Assembly (NCBI GenBank): GCA_032718475.1
Contig: JAUCBJ010001616.1
Coordinates: 98,909 to 162,908 of the forward strand
Origin: Nemertoderma westbladi
Taxonomy: Eukaryota; Animalia; Xenacoelomorpha
Reading direction: 5' to 3'
DNA length: 64,000 bases
Shown: positions 24,377 to 38,418 of the stretch, in pieces
Layout of the letters: every line of letters begins with the position of its first letter
How positions within the stretch are numbered: position 1 is the first letter of the stretch
Notes under the pieces: generated by a model
What the model saw: only the letters and a program-made list of their open reading frames with translations
Database searches by the model: none
What the model was told of the DNA's origin: nothing
Program-made: the position numbers and the translations under genes

Positions 24377-25700
24377 GTGATAACTCCACCTACTGTACTG
24401 GCACAAATAAATAAATACGGCGTACCACAGGGAAGTGTGCTCGGTCCCATCTTATTTATTATTTACATAAATGACCTTGTTGATGTATTGTCGGCAAACT
24501 GTTCACTGTTTGCTAACGATACATCTCTTTTATCTAGAATCATTCATCCTGTTGTGCGCGCTCACTTTCTTAACCACGAACTTCATGAACTACACACTTG
24601 GGCTACTAAATGGCTCGTAACTTTTAACCCAGAGAAAACCATTGTAATGACTATGTGTGGTACCATCCCCTACCAGACAGTGCCATTCCATCTAAATGGT
24701 GATGTCCTTCCGTGTGGTGAGACTCAGAAACACCTGGGACTGGTATTTTCTTCCAATTTCAAGTTCAATGACCATGTCCTAGAACTAATTAACTCAGTTT
24801 CGAGAAATCTATTGGTTCTGCGGAAAACTAAATACATCCTATCCAAAGATGCAATACTAAAAATATACAAAACATTTATACGTCCTAAACTGGAATACGG
24901 CTGTGCGGTCTGGAACAACATATCTCAAGAAATGTCGGTCTACTTGACAATTTTGAACTTGAAATTCTAAGAATTGCCACTGGTGCTCCATCTCGCACAT
25001 CACATAGAAAGTTGCATACCGAATGCAACATACAGAGTCTCTCTTCCAGGCGCTCAGCCATCTGCTTAATAACTTTTTATAAAATTATTAACAAGTTAAC
25101 TCCGGAGTACTTATTTTCCAGAATCCCAATTACAGTAGGGCAAAACCCATCACATAGTTACCCTCTCAGAAATAGTGCCATTTCTCAAACATTTCTCAAA
25201 TATCGTACCGTAAAAACCTTTATGGCAAATCTTTCTTTCCAAACACTATAAAAAATTGGAACGATCTCCCTTTATCAACACGTTCACTCCCTCTCCCAAC
25301 GTTTAAATCCCGACTTATTTCAAATAATGTTATCAAACCATTTTACTGTGTTGGAACCCGCAAATTTCAAATCATTGTCTGCCAGTCGCGATTGCGGTCT
25401 AGTGAACTATCTGCAGACATGGTATCCAGGCACCTTCAGGACTCACTTGAGTGCACCTCATGCGGTGCTGCCACAGAAACCGACTTTCACTTTTTTATAA
25501 CTTGTCCGAGTTCCTCTGGTGCCCGCCGTACACTGAAGGTTGGGTTGTAAGCTCTGGGGGCTTCACTGTTATTAAACTCTGTATTAGAGGAACAAGGTAT
25601 ATCTGCGACCGATTACAACAAATTTGTCTCCCTTCTAAACACCTTTATTGTCTCTACTCAGCGTTTTCGGCTACTTTCACAATAAAACAAAACCATTAGC
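24377..25700 (+). mobile_element. 5'-truncated CR1/L2-group LINE fragment
   Basis: GVPQGSVLGPILFIIYINDL, LFANDT, FNPEKT, KHLG and IRPKLEYGCAVW; frameshifted C-terminus. Confidence 0.88.
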
Positions 25701-26059
25701 CCAAAATATTTACTTACTTGCTTGCATATATACCTTTTCCCTTCAACTGTCATTGTTAGCTAATTAAATAGATTCATTTGGTAATGTAAATTAAATTTCA
25801 CTGTATGTTGCTACATTATATTATTATATTATTAATGTTTATTGATGTGCCTTCTATTTTGTGGCTTGGGTTGTGAGTCAGCGCGCCCGTCGGTCTAGTA
25901 TATTTTTATTTTATAAAGTTTATTGTTTACCATATTTTTACAACTTTCACTCCTAGCACCTCTAATTTGATCTAATAACTAAGCTGGATATAGGGCCTCA
26001 TATGTCCTAATTGTTATTGTTATTGTCAATTGTCAAAATGTGACCCTTAAGCTTAATTT

Positions 26060-26940
26060 AATATACAGTCCTCCGCTAGAGAAAATAAATACCGGTAAAT
26101 CCATTAATGTACCTTAACTGATCTAGAATTTGCTGATGACTTAGGGGTACCGGAATTACTAGAGGGAGCCAAAAGGCTCCTGTTTTCATTGGGGCAGCTT
26201 TTTCTTAACTCCAAGAAGACCAAAATTATGACAGTGAACATTGACTGCCCTCAAGTAATGTGTAATAAGCTCCATAGGGATGGTTTGCTTGAGCATGTAA
26301 TTAAATTCTAGCACTTGGGATCACGGATCTGCAAGTCAGGTCGAGAAGAAAACCTTAGTATATGTAATGCAGGAGAAGAAGATCATTAGAACATGCTGCT
26401 TCTAGTGGTGGTCTTTTTATTAACTCCAGAAAGACCAAAATTTTGACAGTTAACTTTGAACGTTCTCAGCAAGTCTCTGATCGGATGAGCATAAGCTCAA
26501 AGGATGGTATGCTTGAGCCGGTGGACGACTTCTGTTACCTGGGATCATGGATTCGGAAGTCAGGTGAGGACCTTCGAATACGTAAGGGAAAGGCATGGGC
26601 AGCCGTGAATAGGCTTTCCAGGACTTGGAAGTCACCGAGAATTAATCGGAAACTTAAGGTCCGATTATTTAGAGCAGAAGTAGTTCCAGTACTCCTCTAC
26701 GGGAGTCCATGCTGGGCTCTAACTGCTGATGATACCAAATCTCTGGATGGCACATTCACAAGAATGCTACGCCGGGTTCATTGTGTCAAGTACAATGCAC
26801 ACATCTCCAACCAGACACTATATAACATTGGAGATGTCATGGGTGATAGGGAGTTGTGGCGGCGCAATTTTGTCGACACGCCGGCACAGCATTCTTAAAA
26901 ATGCAGCTGCAATGCAGCATGCCGATACTAGTAGTAGTAT
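26060..26940 (+). mobile_element. RTE-clade LINE fragments (two partial copies), ending in a (TAG)n tail
   Basis: DLEFADD-like sequence near 26120, VDDFCYLGSWI, VLLYGS and LDGTFTRMLR; tail ctagtagtagta. Confidence 0.8.
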
Positions 26941-27692
26941 GCTGGGCTCTATCTAACTGCAGAGGATGCCGAATCTCTGGATGGCACTTTCGCAAGAAGG
27001 GTGCGCAATGCGTATTGCGGCGAAATTTTGTTGACAAGCAATCACATCATACTTAATATCGACATAAAAAGTTGCGTGCCCAGGTCACCGGCGGAAACAT
27101 ATTAAGTTGGAGGGGGGGGTGAGGGGGTTGCAATCTTTTTCAGGTGATCAAAGTAGTATTATACTTAATTATATTTAATATATAATGCAATTATATAATG
27201 CAGCACGCTGTTAGCAGTAGTAATATTTCCTAGACAAGCGCCAAGGTTAGAGTAACTCACCACACCCATTGATTCTCTATCAAATTGAAATCCACATAAA
27301 AGACTATTAAGAACAGCACTAAACATGAATAAACTAAACAGGCGATGAATATATAATCTGTGTGTAATAATCAGCAAATATTCTGAGTAATTTTTATTTA
27401 GATAATAAAATCGTTGTTACTGATATTATCTTATGGGAAACTTCCGTTAAGATTATTGGTTCCCATGACCTGAGTCATATTCATGGAACATAGTCACGTA
27501 TTTCACCGGATTTTAATGATTATAATCGATTTCTACGTACACACACCCCCTTCTTGTATAAGATGACAAACATTACATTACAGAGATATTTGCGATAGAT
27601 AATATCTCCCTTGGAACACACAGCCCATTAATTAGTGAACTAAATGGCAACACCCATATTTGTAGAAGTGAAGTTCAGTTGGTACCAAACCA

Positions 27693-27727
27693 TATAAAGG
27701 CTGTGAAACGGCTGTGTGTCAGTCAGT
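27693..27727 (+). promoter_or_regulatory. Possible TATA + TCAGT initiator
   Basis: TATAAAG at 27693 and TCAGT at 27719 and 27723, followed by gtaagt donors at 27825 and 28369. Confidence 0.3.
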
Positions 27728-29289
27728 ATACCTTACGAGTACTTAATCACAGTGTCGCAGAATCGCTACAATTTATTCAGCTCCAAAGATCCTGACGAAA
27801 GACAAAATTTATCTACAAATAAATGTAAGTTTATAATCTAATTGCGTTGCCTTATGTTATACATATAAAGTAGCAAAGGTGCAGAAATATTTTTGTAGAA
27901 ATAGATACATTTTTAGTAATATATTTTCTCCTGAACATCTTATATTAAATCTTTCACCAACATTATTAATGTTGCTTCATAAACATACAACAACATTCCA
28001 GTCACAGTGTGACCGTACACTTAATCAGGTTATACAGTATAAATAACTAGACCTATTATCTGTCTGTTCGTACATATTTAGACCTACCAGCTGTCTCTAT
28101 GTACATAAAGTACATACGGAGATTTACCATCAGTATGTACGTAGATACCAACACAGAACATCAATCTTTACATACATAGATACCTACTGTCATTATTACT
28201 AAACCATAATTACTATCGGCTTGTAATATTATTATTTTAGGTTGATCAGCGATACAGAAGATCAAATTCTAAGTGAATATAGACGAACCTCCCCAGTTAC
28301 CAACGTTCCTTCTCGTTCCATCCAATAACCTTCAGTTCCAGAACTTAATAATTGTAAATCAACCCATTGTAAGTTATACTTTTGTTATATATTATAATGT
28401 GAGCCGTATTTTAGTTTTTGTGATATTTATGTTCACGAGATATTCATAGATTTTTCGATAGTAAACAATAGCCTTCTGGTGGGTTTGGACGCAGAGTGGA
28501 GGCAGTTAGTTTGTAATGAATTGTTTTACATTTTTTACATATTTTTTTTAATATATGTACGAGAATTATTTTATTTATTTAATATCGGCGAATAGGAGTC
28601 AGCATGGAATGAAGAAATTGCATTGAATTTGGTAAGATAAACCTATTTTTGTAATCCATTTCTGTAATGATCTGTTTCGGAAGTAACCAAACCAATAGAC
28701 ACGGCGGTACGTATCATTTACCTTTACCGCAAACAAATTATTCCGTTAAAAATGAGTGTAAATGTTAGACCAAAACTCTATGTAGTCTATGATGATATAT
28801 GTAAGCCGACCACTTGCGACTTACTCTTTATACATGACCCAAGAGTGGTTGGAACTTGGCCTAACCTAAATACCTTATGTGTAAACTAGCCGACTTCTAG
28901 CGATCCTCCATAAGTCACCTGTGGTCGGCTGGTCGGCTTTCATATAAAATGAAATGAACTGGAATGTCTTTGCCAACGGAGTAATAGTCATAATAATATT
29001 TGTTCCCACTTTATTATTCATATATACTAGTTAACAGATTCAAAATAATTTAAATAGACATTAAATATATAATTAATAGTAAATAGTAATAACTGGCCAA
29101 CTATATAGTACGTAGTTATACCAATTAACCAATCAAATGCTGTGCATGATAATGAGGGACAGTAATTAGGGTAGACGCATTGTTATTGGATTCATATAGC
29201 GGACCATTATTGCGTCGATTTTCCCCTGGAGAGGATAAAATTTTTCTTGCGTCGAAAGTTCCCCGACTATCTGATAATAGAAAATGCCG

Positions 29290-29955
29290 TAGGGCTGTTA
29301 GTTCTACATGCCGTAGTGCTGTTATTCACACATGCTGTAGTGTTGTTAGTTCTACATGTCGCAGTGCTGTTATTCACACATGCGGCAGTGTTGTTAGTTC
29401 TACATGCCGTAGTGCTGTTATTCACACATACTGCAGTGTTGTTAGTTCTACATGCAGTAGTGCTGTTATTCACACATGCTGCAGTGTTGTTAGTTCTATA
29501 TGCCGCAGTGCTGTTATTCACACATGCTGCAGGGTTGTTAGTTCAACATGCCGTAGTGCTGTTATTCACACATGCTGCAGGGTTGTTAGTTCTACATGCG
29601 TAGTGCTGTTATTCACACATGCTGCAGTGTTGTTAGTTCTACATGCCGTAGTGCTGTTATTCACACATGCTGCAGTGTTGTTAGTTCTACATGCCGTAGT
29701 GCTGTTCTGTTACACACATGCTGCAGTGTTGTTAGTTCTACATGCCGCAGTGCTGTTATTCACACATGCTGCAGTGTTGTTAGTTCTACATGCCGCAGTG
29801 CTGTTATTCACACATGCTGCAGTGTTGTTAGTTCTACATGCCGCAGTGCTGTTATTCACACATGCTGCAGGGTTGTTAGTTCTACATGCCGTAGTGCTGT
29901 TATTCACACATGCCGCAGTGCTGTTAGTTCTACTTGTCGCAGTGCTGTTAGTTGT
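29290..29955. repeat. ~54-bp minisatellite
   Basis: Unit ~gtagtgctgttattcacacatgctgcagtgttgttagttctacatgcc; period judged by eye. Confidence 0.9.
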
Positions 29956-30044
29956 ACTTGATAGGCCACTAGGGGGATGTAGCCTGGGTCTCTCCGGTCT
30001 GTCGTTGACTTAGGTTTGTTAGTGCCGAGGTGGGATGCTGGCCA

Positions 30045-30390
30045 AGGAATGGTGCAACCTTCGCCTGCATCCAAACTTTGCCCGGTGAAAACTTCGCCCG
30101 CAAAGGAATCTTCGCCCGCCAGCAACCTTCGCCCATAATATTTGTGTTAGTTACCATTTCAGTTACCAATTGAGGGAAAGGAACAGGTTACAGAGTTGGC
30201 TTTTTCTAACCAAAACAATAAACGATGTTGTTACCAATTGAAGGGAAGTAGCAGGTTACAGAGACGGATTTTTCTAACCAAAAAATCATTGTTTAGTGGG
30301 CGATGTTTGCTCATGGGCGATGATTGCCCGCGGGCAAAGTTCAGCCGGATGATAGTTGGTCATTTTCAAGGCGAAGATTTGTGTCTCTCC
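30045..30390. mobile_element. Possible small degraded MITE with TTCGCCC / GGGCGA subterminal motifs
   Basis: cttcgcccgc motifs on the left and gcgggcaaagtt / ggcgaag on the right; it interrupts the 76-bp minisatellite family. TSD not resolved. Confidence 0.4.
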
Positions 30391-31642
30391 TGTCTAACAT
30401 TCACCGGGGTTGTGAGGGCCGAGGTGGGATGCTGGCCAGCTGGGGTTATGTATAGGGGTTGTGAGTGCCGCGGTTGGATGCTGGCCAACTAGAGGGATGT
30501 AGTCAGGGTCTCTCCTGTCCGACATTTACCGGGGTTGTGAGGGCCGCGGTGGGATGCTGGCCAACTAGAGAGATGTAGTCTGGGTCTCTCCTGTCTGACA
30601 TTGTCCGGGGTTGTGAGGGCCGAGGTGGGATGCTGGCCAACTAGAGGGATGTAGTCTGGGTCTCTCCTGTCTGACATTCACCGGGGTTGTGAGGGCCGCG
30701 GTGGGATGCTGGCCAACTAGAGAGATATGGTCTGGTTCTCTCCTGTCTAACATTCACCGGGGTTGTGAGGGCCGAGGTGGGATGCTGGCCAACTGGGGTT
30801 ATGTATAGGGTTGTGAGTGCCGCGGTGGGATGCTGGCAAACTGGGGAGATGTAGTCTGGGTCTCTCCTGTCCGACATTTACCGGGGTTATGAGGGCCGAG
30901 GTGGGATGCTGGCCAACTAGAGGGATGTAGTCTGGGTCTCTCCTGTCTGACATTCACCGGGGTTGTGAGTGCCGCGGTGGGATGCTGGCCAACTGGGGAG
31001 ATGTAGTCTGGGTCTCTCCTGTTTGACATTCACCGGGGTTGTGAGGGCCGAGGTGGGATGCCGGCCTACTGGGGAGATGTAGTCTGGGTCTCTCCTGTCT
31101 AACATTCACCGCAGTTGTAAGGGCCGCGTTGGGATGCTGGCCAACTGGGGAGATGTAGTCTGGGTCTCTCCTGTCTGACATTCACCGGAGTTGTAAGGGC
31201 CGCGTTGGGATGCTGGCCAACTGGGGAGATATTGTCTGTGTCTCTCCTGTCTGACATTCACCGGAGGTGTAAGGGCCGCGTTGGGATGCTGGCCAACTGG
31301 GGAGATGTAGTCTGGGTCTCTCCTGTCTGACATTCACCGGAGTTGTAAGGGGCGCGTTGGGATGCTGGCCAACTGGGGAGATGTAGTTTGGGTCTCTCCT
31401 GTCTGACATTCACCGGAGTTGTAAGGGCCGCGTTGGGATGCTGGCCAACTGGGGAGATGTAGTTTGGGTCTCTCCTGTCTGACATTCACCGGAGTTGTAA
31501 GGGCCGCGTTGGGATGCTGGCCAACTGGGGAGATGTAGTCTAGGTCTCTCCTGTCTGACATTGACCAGGGTTGTGAGGGCCGAGGTGGGATGCTAGCCAA
31601 CTAGAGGGATGTAGTCTGGGTCTCTCCTGTCTGATATTCACC
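30383..31642. repeat. 76-bp minisatellite
   Basis: Unit gtctctcctgtctgacattcaccggggttgtgagggccgcggtgggatgctggccaactggggagatgtagtctgg; the ORF track shows 76-nt periodicity. Confidence 0.95.
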
Positions 31643-32916
31643 ATCTGGCCTTCTCTGTAGAAGGTTTGTGCCAGAATGGGTAAGGTCAAGCAGCAGACTT
31701 CTCATCCTCGAGTAGAAGAAATGATAGGCAGACAACCAGGAATTGGACGACGCCAGTGGGCCACTTGCTTTCCGATTTCTCCATCCTCCACTGATGGCCA
31801 GACCAATGAATTAATTACGACGACAACCATATTTAACAGTATGGTGTTTTGTTAATGAGTTGGCTGTCGGGACAGTTACAGCACCATGATTGCCAGTCCA
31901 CAGGGTGAGCTTCTAGTACGTCCACCACTTGTTGGTGTCATCTGCAGTACATTGACTGTAACATGGTCTAACGTGGTAACGTGGTCTAACATTGACTGTA
32001 GCAAATTGGCCAGACCATGTCCTGTGCATCTTTGCCAATACTAAGCTGAAACTACCAACACCAACACTATAAGTTAGCTACTTCATTTTAGATTTATGAG
32101 ACTTTATTTAATTTGCAAATACTGTCGCATTATTCCAGGAAAATATTTTATGCAAATTAACACGCCGAGAAACAATAAAGGCTCCTTAACCAACCAACAA
32201 CACCTATACAAACACAAACATTAAACAGATTAGCTCTAAACATTTTAAATACGGATTATTACACGTTCGTGGGGCCTTCGCGTAGCACGAGGCTAAGTTA
32301 TCAGATACAGATTAAAATTGAGCAATTCTATCCCAAAATCGGTACTTAAGAAATTTAAATAAATAAATAAGAAATTTAATCAAACTGCCAATAAGAATAT
32401 ATCTCTTAATCTGCACCACGCACCCCAAACCAAAGGAGCACAGAGGATTAATGAAAGGCAGAGTTATTAACAGGAAATTTGTGTTTTAAAAGTAATATAT
32501 TTTTAGGTGTGGAGGCAACCAAATATGTAAAAATTATTAAAACTTACCTTATGCCGATAGTATTGATACTGAAATATTAATTTATAAGGTCAACACCTCA
32601 AATAAATTATTTAGCCAGATTGTAAAGAATATGATTAAATACTCCAGGCAAGGATGTTATTACGTTACGTTACGGTATCTTTTCAGGAATACCGTAGCTC
32701 AATATTTTTCCGTAACGTAATAGCTTTTTCAATACCGTAACGTAATATTACTCTATATTTTTGCCGTAAACCGTAACGTAATACCATAATATTTGTTTTA
32801 TCTACCAAGCAATCATTTTGGAGAAAAAAGTAAATCTTTCAACAAAAAACTTTCACTTGAACGTTCTAGCTATTCAATATAAAGTTAAATGCTTTTAGGT
32901 TTTGTTGGATAGTACT

Positions 32917-33779
32917 AGATTGTGACAACAATCGAAAACAGGCGAAAACAAGGGAAAACAGTTGAAATGTAGGGAAAACAGACGAAAACAGTTAGATCGT
33001 TTAAAAATAATCATCCATGCATCCAGGTGAAAATAGATATTGAAGTTAACTTGGTGTAATAATACATTTAAAATTTAGTGGCATTTATAATGTCGCTAAC
33101 TTAAGATGACGTTTTACCCATAACCCATGTACAATAACACTGATTACCCGATGATTACGGATTACTCCAGTGCGGCAGTAAGCCTACAGAGTAGAGTATT
33201 CAGTGAGTCAATTGTACCGGCACCCGTACCGGCACCGATAGAAGAAGATGTGGAAGTACGAAGTTCCGGTATCTTCGCTTCCAGCGGTTTCGCCATTATC
33301 AGAACAAACAAAATTATTTAATGCTGGAAATGAAATAGGCCTATGTGCTATGTATTTTACGTACCTAGTATCGTTCTTACAGACATGGAGTTCAACTTAG
33401 GCCTACTGTACTAGCTACTACTACAGTACTAGTGTCAAACAATCAATAAAGTGCATCTCTGCAATAATAATAAATTCAATATGGTACTTCCCAACCGGTA
33501 CGGACACAGTAACTACAACAGGTACCGGTACGGCAGTACGGGCACTGATATTAGCAGTGTTATTGTACATGGGTACGTCATCTTAAGTTAGCGACATTAT
33601 AAATGCCACTAAATTTTAAATCTATTATTACACCTAGTTAACCTCAATTTATATTTTCACCTGGATGCATGGATGATTATTTTTAAACGATCTAACTGTT
33701 TTCGACTGTTTTCTCTAAATTCAACTGTTTTCGCTTGTTTTCGCTTGTTTTCGCCTGTTTTCGACTGTTGTCACGATCT
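32917..33779. mobile_element. Nested foldback MITE with >200-bp TIRs
   Basis: agattgtgacaacaatcgaaaacaggcg...catccatgcatccaggtgaaaat mirrored by attttcacctggatgcatggatg...cgcctgttttcgactgttgtcacgatct; possible 3-bp TSD ACT. Confidence 0.8.
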
Positions 33780-33889
33780 ACTGTAGTACTATCCGGTTTT
33801 GTTTATCTGTACACGGTATCCTTATAGCCAGCTTCCTGGCTTCTCCAGTTATTTATGTTGAAGTTTTAATTAATAATTAATTTATAGTT

Positions 33890-34033
33890 AAATTAAGTTT
33901 TAATTAAACATTAAGTTTTAATTAAACATTAAGTTTTAATTAAACATTAAGTTTTAATTAAACATTAAGTTTTAATTAAACATTAAGTTTTAATTAAACA
34001 TTAAGTTTTAATTAAACATTAAGTTTTAATTAA
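33890..34033. repeat. 18-bp tandem repeat
   Basis: (aattaaacattaagtttt)n. Confidence 0.9.
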
Positions 34034-34863
34034 TGTTAAGCTAACTAGGGCTACTGACTGAACTATTTATACTGAGTCTCTGCTCTACCAGCTGTAGCCT
34101 ATAACAACGCAGTATGCTGCAATGGTATAGATCATAGATTTACAGGACAGTAGGTAGGTATGGTAGGCCTACCTACAGGGCTACCGCTACCTGTATGTCT
34201 TATTATGACAACCTATTACAACACAAGCCAAGCCGTTCTACCAATTTAAAGTTATTTTTATGTTAAGTTAATTTGCAATTTCAAAACATTGAAACTATAA
34301 TTTTCCGATTTTCAGACAAAATTAGGATGAAACTTTAAATATCTCTTTGTGGTCCTATGGAATCTGAACCGGTTATTACGTTATGGTATTTTCGGTAATA
34401 CGCAATTATTTTTTACGGAATACAGTAACGTAATGTAATTTGGAAATTATTTTGCAATGTAATATCGTAACGTAAAAAGTTCAGTTTTTCAACCGTAACG
34501 TAACGTAATACAGTAATGTAACGTAACGTAAACATCCTTGACTCCAGGCCATCATTTTGCTATAAAAATAAATAATAAGCAAGCTGGCTTATTAGTCACT
34601 TTACACTAGTAGTGCCGGCCTTGCCTATGTCCTATAGATGTAATTACGCGTTGCCTAATAGTGATGAGATTTGGACTGGTTCCAACTAATAGGCAATAGC
34701 TAGTATGCCAACGAAGGAGGGAGCTATAGCTGGAGACGGGGCATTTTACTAAATTAATTACGTTTAGATCAATTAAAAACACATTTCTTAAAGCAAATCA
34801 CTTGAACTAATTAAAAACTATAATGAAATTGGGTACGGGGATTACAGCTGTATAACTTTTAAG

Positions 34864-35772
34864 CAGAAACATAATACGATACGATACGATACGACAATAC
34901 GATACGATACGATACGATACAATCCAATGTTTAGGATACGATACGATACTCTTGCAATTTTGAGGAATTACGATACGATTCGAAATACGAAACAATTTCG
35001 TATGTTTTTCCTATCGTATTTTATCTAAGAGTTGATAAAATATTGGGATTTTGTATTATACACTTATAAAATCATATAAATATCTATATAATAGGCAAAT
35101 ATATTTTATTTCAATGGTCCAGTCCAGTATGCTTGCTACAGCAATAGTGTGTCTACTGGCTACAACATCCCATATGGACGTTATGCAACACGGCCCAATA
35201 GTAGGCGTTTCCATATTACCCTGCCACTTTATGTATACTGTACTGCTTTACCTATATACCTACTGCCGTTATATATAGAATGATGACTGTGCATTATTAC
35301 CAATATTGAAAAAAATTCAAAACTTCAATTTCCAAGTCAAACTAATACTAGAATAAAACTATGTTTTATTTCAAAATAAATGTTTTATTTTTTATTCTCT
35401 TACTAGAAAGACGTCAAGGCCTTGTACAGTAGGCGCGATTAGAGATATCCTCGCTCAACTGTAATTAGATTATATTTTATCATTTTTCTACGATTAACGA
35501 TCCTCATTTTGTTACAATTTTATTGACATGGGTAATAAAACTGTAAGCTGAAACCTAATTTATTCACATGTAAAGAAATAAGTGGTGTGATCTCTGGTTT
35601 GTCTGTTAAAAACATGAAAATAAGAAAATCCGATACGAAATTCGAAAAATATTTTTTCGTATTTTACGATACGAAGTCAATTTTTATAATACGATACGAA
35701 ATTCGATACAAATAAAATACTGCGATACGAAATACGAAAATCCGTTTACGTATCGTATCGTATCCGTCCCTT
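34864..35772. mobile_element. Degraded hAT-like MITE with (GATAC)n subterminal repeats
   Basis: Apparent 8-bp TSD CTTTTAAG (34856-34863, 35773-35780); gatacgatacg on the left and cgtatcgtatc on the right. Confidence 0.7.
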
Positions 35773-36799
35773 CTTTTAAGTATAATTATTTATATCTTAT
35801 AATAATAATTACAATTAATTTCCATTTAAGATTTCCAGCAATTTCCTTGAAAATGCTGTTTTTACCCTTATTTAATAACTTAATTCAACTTAATTAATTT
35901 TAATCTAATTAATTAACTGCTCTTAACTTAGCTTCTCGAAGACCACATGCAAATTCAACTTGGAAAAATTCTAAACTTTTGCCAAACAACATGTGTAACA
36001 AGTTTGGATAGATTTCATTTGGCTGAGTTATTAATGTTTAAAATTGAACTCAACAGAACGACAGACACACCGATTGAATTAGTGGTACCCGTATGCTAAG
36101 CTCGCTTACTTTCGTGGCTCGCCCCACTAGCCAGTAAAAAATTAAATAGCTCCATAAAATACTCTAATATAATCGCAACCATAACTAACTAATAATGTTA
36201 ACAAAAAGTTAACATAGAGAAACTACTGCGTAAGAGCCAAAACGGATTTCGACCAAGTAGATCAACAATAGCTCAGATACTTGCACTACGGAGACTGATT
36301 GAAGGAATTAAGTCAAAGAATCTCCCCGCAGTCATGACTTTTGTGGACTTCAAGAAGGCATTCGACTCCATCCATAGAGGTAAAATGCTTGAAATCCTAA
36401 GAGCTTATGGAATACCAGAAGTAATTGTTGCTGGCATTGGATTGTTATATTGTGACACAGAAGCGCAGGTACTCTCACCAGATGGCGAAACTGAGTTTTT
36501 CTCAATCCTGGCTGGCGTACTGCAAGGTGACACATTAGCACCATTACTATTTGTAATTGTGCTGGATTACGCAATGAGGACGGCCACAAAGGGTGAAGAT
36601 CTGGGATTCACACTTCAAGAACGCAGAAGTAGTAGATATCCGGCAACTACAGTCACAGACACCGACTTTGCGGATGACATCGCCCTGCTCTCTAATACGC
36701 TAGCAGATGCACAGCTTCTACTAAATAAAGTGGAGAGGGCTGCTAAGGAGGTTGGATTGCATATAAATGCTACCAAGACCGAATTCATGACCTAATATA

Positions 36800-37595
36800 A
36801 TTTTACAAGCTCTGCTGGGGGTTTGCTTAAATGATACAATGGCCGGTAACCGCCGCTATGTTGGTCTCGGCTCGACCTATGATGCGTGTAGATGTACTTT
36901 CCCACTGCCACGTCTGTCATCATTACTGAGTTACAGCTACAGTATGCGTTCATTGAAAGAGAGATTACAACCTGACCAACTCACATATCTAGAGACATTT
37001 CAACTCAATTTTATTCGCAGCTGCTATTACTCATCCGGTACTTTCACTGATAAGCATGAACATATCCTAAGTTTTTTCAACATTTCATAGTACAAACGGC
37101 AATGTTTTATTTTTTTATGTACTCTCAGTGACAGCATACTCTTTTCCATACACTATATTGATTATAACATAATGTTGCCTTCATTGATTATATATTTATT
37201 TTACAATTGTGACAATTTCCTCTGCTCGATGTAATAATATCAATTTATAATATTGACTACAACCACAGGGATGTACCGTTGTAATATTTAAAACTTAGAT
37301 TAGATTTCAATCGTTAATTATATATTGTTATTTATTGTATTGCGTATTGCTCATTGTCCGGTAATGCTCTAAATCATTTGAACTATTCAGTACACAGTTT
37401 TTGCATGCAAAGTAATTGTGTCCACGAGTGGCGACTGACAACTAACTCCTTGTATTCTTCAGCCACCTCTATGATATTTTAATCACATACTTTATATTTT
37501 TAGCCAGCTGTTTTATTGTGCATTTGCGTGCATTTTTATTTACATTTACCCTGTATTGTCGCCTCGTGCGAATTAAATCAAATAATAATAATAAT
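36800..37595 (+). mobile_element. Probable 3' end of another retroposon with an (AAT)n tail, inserted in the RTE
   Basis: Interrupts RTE coding between EFMT and VDGN; ends aattaaatcaaataataataataat. Confidence 0.55.
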
Positions 37596-38148
37596 GTTGA
37601 TGGAAACTTGACAACCATTGATAATAATCAACTAAGGAAGGTCGATGACTTCCAGTACCTTGGATCATAGATAGAGAGTAGAAAAAAGGACATAGAAGAT
37701 AGGAAAGCAAAGGCTTGGGTAGCTCTATCAAAAATGGATACCATCTGGAAATCAGATCTCTCCAGGCACCTGAAGACTAAGTTCTTTCGAGCCACAGTGG
37801 AAAGTGTACTTTTATACGGGGGTGAGACCTGGACACTGACGAAATCACTTGAACAACGAATTGATGGTTGCTACACAAGACTACTAAGGGCAGCCCTGAA
37901 CATCAGCTGGAGACAACACATGACAAACGCCGAGCTTTATGGTACAATACCACCTGTATCAACCACCCTCCGTGAATGCAGATTAAGATTCAGTGGGCAC
38001 TGCTGGCGAAGTAAAGACGAGGTCATACCAGATCTACTTCTCTGGCAACCAACTCATGGAAAGCGTAGTCGTGGACGACCTGCCATAACATATATAGATC
38101 AACTTGAAAGGGATACTGAACTTGGGAGAAACGAAATTGCGACAACTA

Positions 38149-38418
38149 TGGAGAATCGGGAAGCCTGGAAGGATCTCATTTCCACTGTCCGAGTTCGCTC
38201 GACCTAGTAGTAGTTGGAGAATCGGGAAGCCTGGAAGGATCTCATTTCCACTGTCCGAGTTCGCTCGACCTAGTAGTAGTTGGAGAATCGGGAAGCCTGG
38301 AAGGATCTCATTTCCACTGTCCGAGTTCGCTCGACCTAGTAGTAGTTGGAGAATCGGGAAGCCTGGAAGGATCTCATTTCCACTGTCCGAGTTCGCTCGA
38401 CCTAGTAGTAGTAGTAGT
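38149..38418 (+). repeat. Four tandem copies of the 66-bp RTE 3' terminus
   Basis: tggagaatcgggaagcctggaagg...gctcgacctagtagtagt repeated with period 66. Confidence 0.95.

Larger units (their letters stand above)
32649..34540. mobile_element. hAT/P-type MITE with 8-bp TSD
   Basis: caaggatgtt...aacatccttg termini, (CGTTA)/(TAACG) subterminal repeats, TSD ACTCCAGG at 32641-32648 and 34541-34548. Confidence 0.9.
36215..38418 (+). mobile_element. 5'-truncated RTE-clade LINE, split by an insertion at ~36800-37595
   Basis: QNGFRPSRST, FVDFKKAFDSI, GVLQGDTLAP and DFADD; after the insertion VDDFQYLGS, VLLYGGETW and RLRFSGHCWR; (TAG)n tail. Confidence 0.92.
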
